From: Takakia lepidozioides | Lineage: Eukaryota; Plantae; Bryophyta | Length of the DNA: 64,000 bases | Reading direction: 5' to 3' | NCBI GenBank assembly: GCA_030704615.1 | Contig: CM060734.1 | Span: 62,806,001-62,870,000 of the forward strand | Part shown: one piece after another, positions 48,193 through 60,563 of the stretch | How the letters are laid out: the number at the start of each line of letters is the position of its first letter | Position numbering within the stretch: the first letter of the stretch is position 1 | The notes under the pieces: model-generated | The model's input: the letters and a program-made list of their open reading frames with translations, nothing else | Database searches by the model: none | What the model was told of the DNA's origin: nothing | Program-made: the position numbers and the translations under genes

Positions 48193-49934
48193 GTATTCAC
48201 CCTAGCGATCATGTTGAAAGTGTTTAGATTCACACGAACTCATTCCTCCTATTTTTGCTGTCGAGCCTCGCAGGTACTGCATTTTGTATCTGCTGCCAAG
48301 GAGATACATCCGTAAGATGCCGGACATATTGATTGCTTGGGCCTCCCAGAGGTCGGCGTGCTCGATGTACAACGGCAAACAGTTAGTGGAGTACACTCAA
48401 GCTCTCAATGAGCAATGCTACTGGTGGCTTGATTGTCCTCCGAATTTTATTCCCAAAGAGGAGTCGAAAATACATGTGCAGTACATCCGTCTTGGGACAG
48501 TGAATGCGGGGCCACTGCCTTCCTATCTCTTGAGAATTGATGAGGAGAGTTGATAAAGTTGTTGTGCAACATCTTGAGACTGCAGAGGAGACTTTACAAG
48601 CAGAAGAAGAGGACCCAAAAACAGAAGCAGAAGAAGGCAGCGCGGACGGGGATTGACACATCTCCTAGAGGTGTGACACGGAGGCGACGAGGACAGGCCC
48701 AACACGAAGAAAAAAACGTTGTGTCTAGCTGGCTGAACTTAAGTAAGTTGGATTGGACTGCCATTTTTCAGATTTGGAATGGCATGAAGAACCATAGAGT
48801 TGTTCCATTGGATATACATTCCGATTGAATTTGTGTTGTAGCTTTAATCGTATGTGGACTTCTGGAATATGAAAAGACTTTCATTTCAAGTGTACTAGGG
48901 TAGCCTGTGCCGTTGGGCCAAGTGTCCAGTGTCATCTAAGTCCAAGTGCAATCCCCTATGTATTAAAGTGCGTCTCCTATGTTGAGGCCCAAATGCAACC
49001 TCTAGGGTAGCCTTTGCCGTTGGCCCAAGTGTCTAATGTCATCCAAGTCTTATCGTTATTTTTCCAAAGAGCCTACGACCAGATTTGAACCGGAGCCTTT
49101 CCCCTTTATAGCTCTCCCGGCTAGGCTCCAACCATTGTCCCAGAATGCCCACTTTGCCATTTTTGCTATTTTTTGTGAATTTCCAGCTACCAAAAGCACT
49201 TGGAATTCACATCTCCCACGTCGCATGTCCAAAAATCATGAGACCAAGCACCCCTCCTCTTGGAGGGCTTTCCGACTGTACCAAGCACCAGGGCCGGGGC
49301 CTTCATGACAAAACAAAACAAAACAAAACAAAACAAATAAATCGTCTTAATTCATATATTGATTGTCCAGCAACAATTTTTTTATGCTACATACTAGGTA
49401 CATACTGGCATGCTCGCCGAATGGCCGCCAAAAAGAATGACGGGCAAATTTTTTAGGAAACTTGCAAATGCAAGTCTAAGGTGCCCTTCAAAAATAAACA
49501 GTATCAACGAGATGGCTCATCAGGACAGTAGGTTGCAATCGAGAGGGATACTAGGACATCGCAAGGACCTTCAGGAAGTATCAGAGATACAGCTTGGCAG
49601 ACCTATTACTTACTATAACCTGCCAAGAAAAATGGCAGGCTGAGAATAGCTGTCCAGAGTGGGTCAGGTCTGGTTAGAACATGCTCAAGTGAATCAATGC
49701 TCCTCCGATCCAGGATTTGTACAGCAGGAAAGTAGGTATGTAACCCAGTGGTTCAGAGTGGCCCGGACCCGCAAGGTGAACTCCGTGAACTCAGCCTTTA
49801 TCCCCAGAGGTGTGGGGGCCCCACAAATATTTGACCTTGTATCGACCTGATCTGGGAACTCAAGATCAGCCCTCACCAAGTGATGATCAGGGCTACTTAC
49901 ATGCACAGGTGTCAAAACAGATCTGTGACCCTCA

Positions 49935-50180
49935 CTGCCCTCTATTTCGGCAGGCTGCTTAATTAAGAGCCTATATATAGTATGCCTCAACGGCCGTCCC
50001 TGTTTCCTCACGACAGGGAGCTGCCTATATATAGTATGCCTCAAACGGCGTCCCTGTTTCCTCACGACAGGGAGCTACTGCCCTCTATTTCGGCAGGCTG
50101 CTTAATTAAGAGCCTATATATAGTATGCCTCAACGGCCGTCCCTGTTTCCTCACGACAGGGAGCTTGTCGTGGGAACTTT
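49935..50180. repeat. Complex tandem repeat of hairpin-containing units next to a LINE endonuclease relic
   Basis: ~87-bp unit twice plus a partial copy. TCCCTGT-TTCCTCACG-ACAGGGA hairpin three times. Minus strand 49700-49930 gives SPDHHLVRA (APE C-terminal motif). Confidence 0.75.
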
Positions 50181-51355
50181 GCAACCGGTTGAACATCAGG
50201 GAGAAGGTAGATCACTATTCCTGTACACGATTGCTTTTGGCATTTTTGGTCTGCGAGAAGAACATCCACTACCTAGAACAATCAGTATCTGAGAAACTCG
50301 AGAGTTTCAGTACAGGGAGATGTATATCGTGGGAGCCTGCTAGCATAAAGAGAGAGAAAAAAAGAGTTAAGAAAGATTTACGCTGTTGAAATCTTGAGGA
50401 ATGTTCAGTGTATTTCAAACCCCGCTCCCGCATTTGAGATACTCGAGAGCGAGGATGGAGGTATCATCATTGTTACATGGGATGGTACTTTGGCATCTGA
50501 TGAATTCAGGCCTTGCACACTGCAGGACCTCAGAGCGCAAAGCACATCAGGTACTTTGCCAGCCACTCACACATGCAACCCTCAAGGACAGGGCCACACA
50601 AATTGCCCTAGCTACTGAATCTGCATGATCCATGGCTCCAGATCCCCCCGTAAAAGAAGCAGTCACCTCACCCCCACCCCAAACACTCTCCTTCAGAGGT
50701 TCATATTCAACGATTTTTCCCTGTCAATGGAGAAGGACTTGTCTTACTACGATAGTAGCTGACAAATTGCCCAAAACATAGAAATTAGCATTTATTTTGT
50801 GTTTGCATCCAAGCGTCAATTGAGCTTCCTCAGGACGATTGATAGCGTTCCATGTCTTCATGAAGGACCGGCAGTCCTCCGTGCCATCCAGAGGTTTGCT
50901 CTACTGCACACGCCGTTGATTGATGAGAGACCAAGATAAGAGACCTGAAAAGTGGTAATACGCAGAACTAGGAGCGCACGAAGTAGCCAAGTTGCACACA
51001 GGGTGAACAGTTGTCTGGTTTTCTGCATTGCTGCAGTTGACAGCTTTAGCTTGAAGTACTAGACTCAATTTATTGATCATGTGCTGCTCTCTAGTCTTTC
51101 AACTGGACAATGTGGTGACGTCCATTTTCCTGTTCAGGTTTAAGATCAGTCTCAGATGCTCAATCTTAGTGGCCCTAGCATTTACAGTACTGGGATTTAC
51201 AGTACTTTCGCTTCCTATCGTCAATGACCCGACCTTTACATAATCGAGGACGAAAGGAACTGAATATATGAGAGGTGCAGCTCGACAGTGAAGAAGAATT
51301 TTGTGCCCGCGCGAGGGCGAGAGAGATGAGTGTGTGTGAGAGAGAGATTTTTGGT

Positions 51356-51539
51356 TTCTAAAGTTTGATTTGCGTTTTTCCTCGGTTTCTAAAGTAGGAA
51401 AGTGAGACATGAATCAGGTAAGTCATGAATAAAAATTACACACACCTAAAAAGTTTGATTTGCGTTTTTTCTCGTTCTTAAAGTAGGAAAGTGAGACATG
51501 AATCAGGTAAGTCATGAATAAAAATTACACACACCTAAA
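51356..51539 (+). repeat. ~90-bp tandem duplication in GRDP intron 1
   Basis: AAAGTTTGATTTGCG...AAAATTACACACACCTAAA occurs twice. Confidence 0.9.
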
Positions 51540-54261
51540 CCCGTTGGCTGGGTCCGAGGCTCTGGCATGATTGATGCCGATGTATGTTTACCAAGTGGTT
51601 GCATCTGTGCAGGTATAGGGATTGCTGGATACCTTTGGCTGCTGAGGCTATGGACTTCGACACGACGCTGGATGACGATTGGGAAAGCAAAGTTCTTCTG
51701 CCTCCACTCGACGTGCAATGGTTGTGGCATTGCCATTGTCTCAGCCCGGTTAGTGGTAACACTCCTTTCAGACATATTACAATAAGATTAGTCAAGATTA
51801 GCATAAGTTGAAATGCGTGGGTAATCCTGAAGTCCTTTGAGTGAAGCTAGCCTCTCAATTTGGACTTGGTATATTATTCGTAGTAACTGTCTCTCCGAGC
51901 CATTCTGTCTGCTACCCTATATATTCTGAAAGAATTAGTAAGGAATGAAAACAGACTCACAAGTAACCTATCTGATCCATCCCTCACGTTTTTTTCCCCG
52001 GTGTGAGTGGTTGTCTGTATCGATAGATGGCTTACAGGGAGTACTGTAAATCAAGATATCAGATGGAAGTAATGTAAATCAAGATATGGACGGGTCATTG
52101 ATTTTCCTCATCTGCCCGATGCTGCAAGCGAGGCTGTGGCCCGAGAGAGATGCAAAGCTTTATGGTCTGAGCGTTACCCCAGGGAGCCCTTCGGTATGGT
52201 GGCCCAATTGTCTAAGCTTCTAGACAGCGGTAGGGCCGTGGGCCAGGCGTTTCCTGTTGATGAATCCGCTGGGCTGGAGCTGGGTGAGCTTGTTCATGCT
52301 GTTTCCAGGCAAAGCTCCTTCTATTACCAGGTCAGAATCTGAGAGCACGAGAGAAGTCAATGCAGGTTCACAAATTATTGAGGAGAAGTTTATTTCCTCT
52401 AGGATTTTCTTTATCTTAATTTGGTTGAAGAAAAGAGAGCCCCCCTCCCACCCACCCCCCTCCCCCCCCACAACTGAAGACTCTGCCTGAGAAGCTCACT
52501 TAGAAAATTGGAGGATTCCAATGTCTACAGCCTAGTTTGGATCTAAATGGTCTTGTACTCTTGGAAAACTTGGCCAACTGGATCTGTCATGTGAGCTTTG
52601 ACCAATATTGGATATGCCATAATTTACATGCTAATCCGCCCTTGAACATACTACACCTAAAAGCTTCATCTGGGACCAATGGTATGCAGAATGTACATAC
52701 ATGACCTGCATTAACAGTGCTTTAATCATGTTAACCAGGTGCAACAATATCTACGACACTGGTTAGATCCAGTGTAATTTTCCTGCCCTGATACTTTCAG
52801 AATACAGGTTCACGAAGTATGCTCAGCGCCTGTTACAAACATTTCTACCCAACCTTTCTGTGGTCTGTTCAAGCATTTTCCAACACATTCGTATTTCAAG
52901 AGTGAGAAGGGGACATGTTACTCAAAAGCTTGAGCCATAATAAATCTGGTTAGTTCACCCTGCTTGGTCTCAAGTTATGGCTTACCAGAGGGCGTAGTAA
53001 CCCTGGCCATAAATTACTGAGCCCGTCCTTAGGGCCCGTCATGAGCTAGCCACGCACATACTTCAAGGCTGAATTCTCAAGTCTTTTCCTCCTTTTCTGG
53101 GCCCTTTCTGCTCTTCTTCTACTAACCTACAGCTGATGGGTGGCAGAAATGTTTGACCTACTTAGATGAAGGCCCTTTCTGGCCAATTGCATTACTTCCT
53201 TATCATACCTACAGGTGAATTATACTTACTGCCAGTGCTTAGTTTTATGTACTGATGGAATAAGCTAGTGAAGTGTGGTAACAAAGCTTCAAGCCATAAT
53301 TAGGCTACATTGTGCCATTCTCGACTTGCTTAACCGGCTTATTGAACACCCAAGGAAGCTCCACCCTGTTCTTGCATTTTGTCCATGTCAATAGTACAAG
53401 GGGCTCATGGTACATTGGATTTACCTGTCACATCAATAATTTTTGCCAAACACATACCATGCTTTGGTTGTATAAAGAGAGTGTATCATGATGCAGGTAT
53501 CGCAACCATACATGTGGGAGGAAGCCTTTTTGCGAGCTGCAGTGGAGAGATACAAATGTTTTCTGCACATTGTTTTCAAATCCCAGGGAAAAATCCTCTG
53601 TGTACCCACCTTTGACATTGATCTCATGTGGCACTCTCATCAGGTACCAAGTCCTTGAACTCTACATCAACTCTTCTATGAGTCCTAACGTTTTTCTCAG
53701 GATTGAGAGGATCATCAAGCATATATGACGCATATTGGTTGCTGACTCGCGCAATCCTTTGTCCTTTGTCCTATGTGTACCTTGACACAGTGGTGGTGTC
53801 TCTCTTTCACCTGATCGTAAGTGGCTATTGTGGTGATGGGGGGCCTGGTCTAGCTCTCCCCAGTTGCATATGCAAGAGACACAAAAGCCCTTCTAGGCTG
53901 TGTGGTAGACCACGATGACACCATGGAGAGAGGTCCAAATACCAAGCTTGGAAATGGATTCGAGGATACCACGAGACTATGGGAGAGCACATTTGGCCAC
54001 CCTTACGAAAGGGCTGGCTCCATGTACCGGGGATCTAAGCCAGTCAATCTACCAGCTCCCCCTTCAACTGAAGTGATTGAAGGTGATCAACTTATTGAGA
54101 GCATCCCAGTGACCTTACCTTGGGACTACCGTATCCCAGATGTCAACAGCAAGTTTCGTCTTCTCACTCCACGGCTTGTAGTCCAGGTGGGGTTCCTAAC
54201 TCTTGACAACTTTTGTGCTGAATTTACATACAAGTGGATGAGTTTGCATTGACTGAATGGA

Positions 54262-54930
54262 AGGGAAATGAAATGAAATGAAATGAAATGGTGCTTTATA
54301 ACGTCCGCGGAAAGCTCATAGAGCTTATGGGACAAAATGGAAGAAAACATGAGAGAGGAAACAAAATCAGAGCCAAAAAAAAAATTATTGCTCGAGTGAT
54401 TGTCTAAGGGTGAAGGCCTCGTGCAGGTAAGCTGCCAAGCATTTCTGATCCTCCTAGTGGAAGACTTCAAGGAGAGATTGGGTTCCACGGAATAGACAGT
54501 GGAATCTACCACGGATCTCTAGTATAGAGGACAATAGAAGAAGAAGTGTTCTTCAGTTTCAATTTACCGGTTGGGAGAACAGAATTGAAATGTGAAATGG
54601 TACTCTCTAACGTCCGCTGGAAGCTCAAAGAGCTTATGGGACAAGAGGAAGAAAGATACAAGAAAGATAGAGGGGCCACAAGCAGCCCCAAAGCAACTAT
54701 AGCTCAGGGAATGTCTAAGAGTCAACACTTCATGCAGGTAAGCTGCCAAACATGTCCAGGGGGAATTCAGGGAGACAAAGAAGGAAAGAAACTTATTTAG
54801 CCAGTGGGAAATGAAATTAAATGGTAGTTTATAATGTCTGCGGAAAGCTCAAAGAGGCTTATGGGACAAGAGAAAGAGAGGAGCCAGAAAGAGAGAGGGG
54901 CCCTCCACAAGCAGCCCAAAATCAACTTTT
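54262..54930 (-). mobile_element. Three stacked 3' fragments of LINE family B with (CATTT)n tail
   Basis: Reverse-complement matches to 57540-57828; GAAAT repeats; shared AAAGCTC...GCTTATGGGACAA motif. Confidence 0.8.
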
Positions 54931-56479
54931 TTTCAAGGATTGCGGCAGTGGGGGATCTATGTCCATTGAAAACTGAAAGAGTTCTGAGCCAAGAATGCAT
55001 AAAATTTAAGACAACACTAGAAATCAGTTCTGTTGAACACATCAATTCAAATTTTACTTCTGAAACGGATTTGTGCACACATGAGTGCTTGAAAACGGCA
55101 CTGGCATCAGATGAAGCTTACAGATCAAAACAGCTTCGTGCGACCCTCTCATTGACATTTATGCCACTTGGCACATGTGCCCATGGAAATCAGGTGTGTA
55201 TTCTTATCAAGAGTGCGACAAACGTGATTCCAATAGCCCAGGAGAAGACCGTAGATCTCTTCGTACGGTTGCAGGCACTCGAAGCTCACAAACTGCTGAA
55301 GCTCGACACTCCAGTAGTTCCCTTTACCTCAGATCCCCAGTGGCAGAAGCTCTGGCTTCTTCAGTGCGAGGTCAAGACTCGTGGGGTCGCTCTTGAGTTG
55401 CGCTGCCAAGCGGAAGGTAGCTGCCTTCGAACGCTAAACCAGTCGAAGCTAATTGGTGGGACATTGCTCACTTGGGTCGAGCTTCAGAATGCACCCATGC
55501 TATCGATCGACACTCTCTTCACACTAAAGGAGTCTAAAAGCAGGGCATCAGATCGCCGAAAGTATCCTCTTCAGCTTCGCCTTGGAGCTTCGATCACTCC
55601 CCCAGTCCAGGCAAGTACATGTGGAAGTTATTCATGACCTATTCTAACATTTTTCACTACCGCGCGTCCACATTTCTGAAATTGAAAGTAAGCCCATCTT
55701 TTCTTTGTGTTAAAGAGGTCTAATTGCAGGCTCCATATCTACTCAAGTCAGTGCCGGATCAGGTGACTGATGACACGGGGGCCACGCTATCCAACATAAT
55801 GTTGCGCATGAACAAATATCAGCCACAGCGTGGTCGTTGGATCACACGAACGGTACTCAACCACACAGGCAAAGAGTGCTTTGTCATTCGAATTCGGTGA
55901 GTCCTTCAATCTACAAGTAGTTTCATCAGGATTAAAATATCTCTGGTCCTTTTAGCTCTCACAGTTTTCGATAGCAGGAAAGGTAACCTGTCCCCAACAA
56001 GAGAGATTCACTAACAGCAGATCAACGCGGTCACCTCAACAACAATCAGAATAAACTATGAACTTGGTCAAACCAGGCAAACCAAATACATCTGACTGTT
56101 CATTACAGGGTGGCCAAAGGGATATGGAGGAAAAGTGGGGATCGACCAGTGGGCGTGGATTGGAATGAGCGCGTCATTAATGTGTGTGAGGGTGGATGGA
56201 CTTACGTAGCAAATGCAGTTGGATATGCCTCTGGTGATCTGCTCTACCCTCACTCCTCCTATGAAAACTTTTGTCTCGCAAGGTGCACGGGAATTTCATT
56301 TTGATCCCTCTCTCTCTCAGTATCTAAAGAAGGAGATTATAGTTTGTTTCTCTGTGCCAATCCCTTGCCTAGGTCTTTCATTATAAATCAGAAATGATTG
56401 GCAGCATATCTGCATGAGGCGGTCCGTCTCTTGACGTTGTTGGGCCAGCTCAGAGCCCAGATTTCCCTGCTTTCTTTTG

Positions 56480-57828
56480 TGACCCCTTTCAGCTTTCGGC
56501 GGACATTATAAATCTGTTTTTTCTAAAACAAACATAAGCTCTTTGAGCTTTTTGCGGACGTTATAAAGTATCTTTTCATTTCTCTGTCCGATGGGTCCTC
56601 TGGGCTTCTGCGCACGTAATTAAGTTGCGTCTTCTTCTCTGTCTCTCGTTGGCTTCCTGCTAACATACTAATTTCACACAGCCTGTGCATAGAGTCTGGT
56701 TGATGGGACAGCCTGGAGTGTGCTGACCGCGTGCCCCCTGCTCGCACTAGACATGACTAACTCGGAGATTGAGACTGAGAACACTTTTGCTTTCGCTGTC
56801 CTCTCCACTATGAAATCCGTGCTCGATACTGTCGTTTATTCTGGGACACCAATCCCTCCCTGAGGTTCTCACTACGAGGCTCTCCACCTTAGAGATCTGA
56901 CTTTGACTAGTTGTTTTTGGGCTGCTTCTTGAGGAACCCACACCTTTGTGTGTCCTGCTTTCTCTTGTCCCATAAGCTCTTCTGAGCTTTTCGAGGACGT
57001 TACGAAGTATTATTCATCTCAATTTCATTACGAGGACCAGAAATGCGTGGCCCACTTCGTTCTTGTGTTATTCTTTCTTTTGTCCATGCCAATAAGCTCT
57101 TTGAGCTTCCCGTGGACGTTGTAAAGTTCTTTTCTTTTCTTTCCTTTGAATGTTCCTCTGTTCTTCTGTGTTTGTTAGTTTTGTCCCATATGCTCTTCCG
57201 GCTTCATATGGAGGTCCTAACTGAGTAGACATCCTAAACCACCATGCCATGAACCCTCAGTCACTAATTTGGAAATCCATATAGATCAGCTGGCATCCAA
57301 TTGTCTAGTAACTCTGTCTAGGAAGATGACAACAGGATTGTGAGAGAGATCTCCCATGTCGAGGCCCATCTAAACCTAGTGTGCAATCTCCTATGTATCC
57401 AAGTATGTCTCCCACGTCATAAGCGTTGGGGGGGTTCCTTCTAAGTAGCAATTTCTATCCACAACCTACGGATAGAGACTGGCCGATGGGAAAACCTGCA
57501 GCGGGAGGACCGCCTATGTCCAGCTTGCACAGGGCGCAACCGAGAATTTGAAACTGAAGAACACTTCTTCTATTGCCCTCTATACTATGAGATCCGTGCG
57601 AAATTCCACTGTCTATTCCGTGGAACTCAATCTCTCACTGAAGTCTTCCACTATGAGGATCAGAAATGCTTGGCAGCTTACCTGCACGAGGCACCCGTAG
57701 ACAATCACTCGAGCAATAGTTTTTATCTTTGGCTCTGGTTTTGTTTCCTCTCTCATGTTTTCTTCGATTTTGTCCCATAAGCTCTATGAGCTTCCGGCGG
57801 ACGTTATAAAGCACCATTTCATTTCATT
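56480..57828 (+). mobile_element. Cluster of LINE family B 3' fragments in a GRDP intron
   Basis: Repeated CATAAGCTCT...GAGCTT...GGACGTT 3' ends. 57471-57660 encodes GRWENLQREDRLCPAC...ETEEHFFYCPLY, a LINE C-terminal Cys/His motif. Confidence 0.75.
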
Positions 57829-59184
57829 CTCTTCTGAAAGAATACTTACACCCCCGTCTCTTTGGATGGATCTAAGTGCTTTAGCATGTCACTGCACACC
57901 TCCTGCTGATGTGTCCAATCTAGGTCTCTGTCCCCCCCTCTTGCAGTCACACCGGTTTTGTCTATTCCCTCTGTTCCCACACTTTCTTATAAGAATGTCT
58001 TTGTCAATTTTATGCTACTTAAGTGCAAGTTCAGCTTTGAGCTAAGACATACAGCATTTGGAACATTGGTGTACTGTTGCTTTAGAGACCTCAGGCATAA
58101 ACCAGAGAAACTTACTCAAAAAATGCAGCTTGCTGGAAAGTGAGACGACGTGGCATTTCACCAAGATTTTATATGATCTGCTTTTACACCTTGCTGATTC
58201 CCCTTCTGCTTCTGTGGAATGTTGTAGCAGAAAAGATTGTTGGAAGCGCAACTCCATTTACTGATGAACTTGAGCAATACAGACTGAGCTGGTCCCTCTC
58301 CAACGGTGACGCCCTTGTTATTTCCAGACCCATGGATGACCTCAATTGGGAGCGTAGCCTTGAGTTCAGTCTGAGAAACCCATCTGTCGATTTGGTGAGG
58401 CAGATCATTCCTGGCATGTAAAATAATCATTGATATATAACACCATACTCACATTGGACACCTGCCTGTGGAGACTACTCATGTTGCTTCTGGACTTGCC
58501 AAAGATCAATGGAAGTCATGAAGGTTGAAGACTGATCCACCTTTGTTGCATGTGACATAGGTGCGACTAATCAATGGAAGAAAGCTACAGTACAAGATGC
58601 CAGGTGCTACCCCCGAGGAGGAAGAGGGCTTTGTCACTCTCATCCGCTACAGCCCTCAAGCACCGCTGGGGAAGGCTACAGCACTCTTCAACTGGAAGGT
58701 CTCGGCGATGGAGGTTCATCCTGAGGAAGATGTAGTACTCGTGCTTCTGTTGTGTACAGCTACGGTGAGATCCATAGCTGACTTTGGAGGGACAACCCAT
58801 GGAAATATGTATGCCCGCAGGCGAGTGAAGGAGAACAAACCAGGGTTGAAAGACTGGGGCTCAGTGGTTCTCGAAAATGCTAATGCACAATCGAATTTGA
58901 CAATGTGGTATTTAAACACGCCTCAAATCATCAACGCTGACGATGGCTCCCAGAGGGTCCATAACATTGCAGGTATGCCATGGAGGGAGCGTGTATGCTT
59001 GATACTATCAATTCAGCCAACAGCTGCAAATATTAGGTTAAAAAAATTCTGATTTGTACAGGCTTTTGAACACTGCAAAAACTCGACACTCTGAGTGGAA
59101 CGACTGTTTCCTAGAAGACATTGGCTGCTCCATAAAACTCAGTTCTAAAACTCTTGTAAACAATAAGCCTCTGTATTCCCCCTG

Positions 59185-59226
<42 letters not shown>

Positions 59227-59227
<1 letters not shown>

Positions 59228-60563
59228 AGAGAGTCTGTTGCCAGGAAATTGTCTGATGAAAATCAAGTTAGGCAGAAGACTTCCCTGAACTTATTTCCAG
59301 TCTGGGACATGGGGGAGGACAGCATGGTTGACCTCAAGGGTCTACCCACTCTCGGCACTAGACTAAAATTTAAACTGGGGGCGGGAAGCCTACCTTTGAA
59401 CAGCAAACAGTAGCAGAGAGGAAAGGGAGAGTGCAATTGCCCGTTGTGTGGGCAACCTGAAGACAATATTCGTTTTCTGAATCACTGTCCGGGGTTCTCT
59501 CACCAGAGAGATGCTCTCCTCAAATCTATCAAGGGAATTGTGCCTGTACCTCTGTTTACCAACTTTGAAAGTCTCGAGGCTGAGCCAAAAGCCCAGGCCC
59601 TTTTGGGGCCTAGTTATTGGGCAAACCACACACAGCAGATTGATGCTTGTGTGAAGGGATTTCAAGAGGATATCTAAAACCCGGATCAATTTTTTATTCC
59701 AAGGTAAGTCTTACTACCGACGTCAGCCCCTGACAAAGGTAGGTTCTGTCCCTTTGTGTTCCGCTCAAACTGGGCGCAGGGTCAATGGCCACAAGGCTAT
59801 GGCAAACAACGTCTTATGAGTACATTCTCTCCAAGAGAGAATGAGGTTAGGCAGAAAACTTCCCTGAACCTGTTTCCAGTCTGTGACATGGGAGAGGCCA
59901 TCATGGATGACCTGAAGGGTCCCACCCTTGGCACTAGACTGAAATTCAAACGCAGGGCGGTACCTTTGAACAGCAAACAGAAGCAGAGAGGAGATTGTCT
60001 GTTCCAAGGTAAGTCATATTACCGGTGTCAGCCCCTGACAAAGGTAGTTTCTGTCCCTTTGTGTTCCGCTCGAACTGAGGGCGGGGTCAATGGCCACAAG
60101 GCGACGGCAAACAACGTCTTATGAGTTCATTCTCTCTGCGACAGTGCGTAGACCCTTGAGGTCATCCATGATGGCCTCACCCATGTCACAGACTGGAAAC
60201 AGGTTCAGGGAAGTTTTCTGCCTAATTTCATTTACCCACTCTTGGCTCTAGACTGAATGGGTAGCCTACCTTTCAAACTCAGGGCGGGTAGCCTACCTTT
60301 GAACAGCAAACAGACGCAGAGAGGAAAGGGGGATAGTAAGTGCACGTTGTGTGGGCAACCTGAAGATAATACCCACTTTCTGATTCATTGCCCTGGGTAC
60401 TCTCCCCATAGGACACCCTCTTCAATTCCATCAAGGGAATTGTTCCTGTACCTCTGTTTACCAACAAGTAGTTTCTGTCCCTTTGGTTCCGCTCAAACTG
60501 GGCGCTGGGTCAACGGCCCCAAGGCTAACAGCAAACGTCTTAAGAGTACATGCTCTCTCTCTC
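59227..60563 (+). mobile_element. Rearranged array of LINE family A 3' fragments after a (CT)n microsatellite
   Basis: At least three sense 3' ends (59820, 60125, 60545), each followed by TCTC, plus an inverted piece at ~60140-60235. Confidence 0.88.

Noticed and set aside
48201-48830. Short ORFs right of the hAT element as a gene
   Set aside because: Fragmented frames with no recognisable motif; probably a degraded repeat.
49990-50180. HDV-like ribozyme (GTCCCT-GTT-TCCTCAC-GAC resembles P2/P3/L3)
   Set aside because: No convincing P1, P1.1 GG, J4/2 CxAA or P2 3' strand could be found; a simple hairpin explains the pairing.
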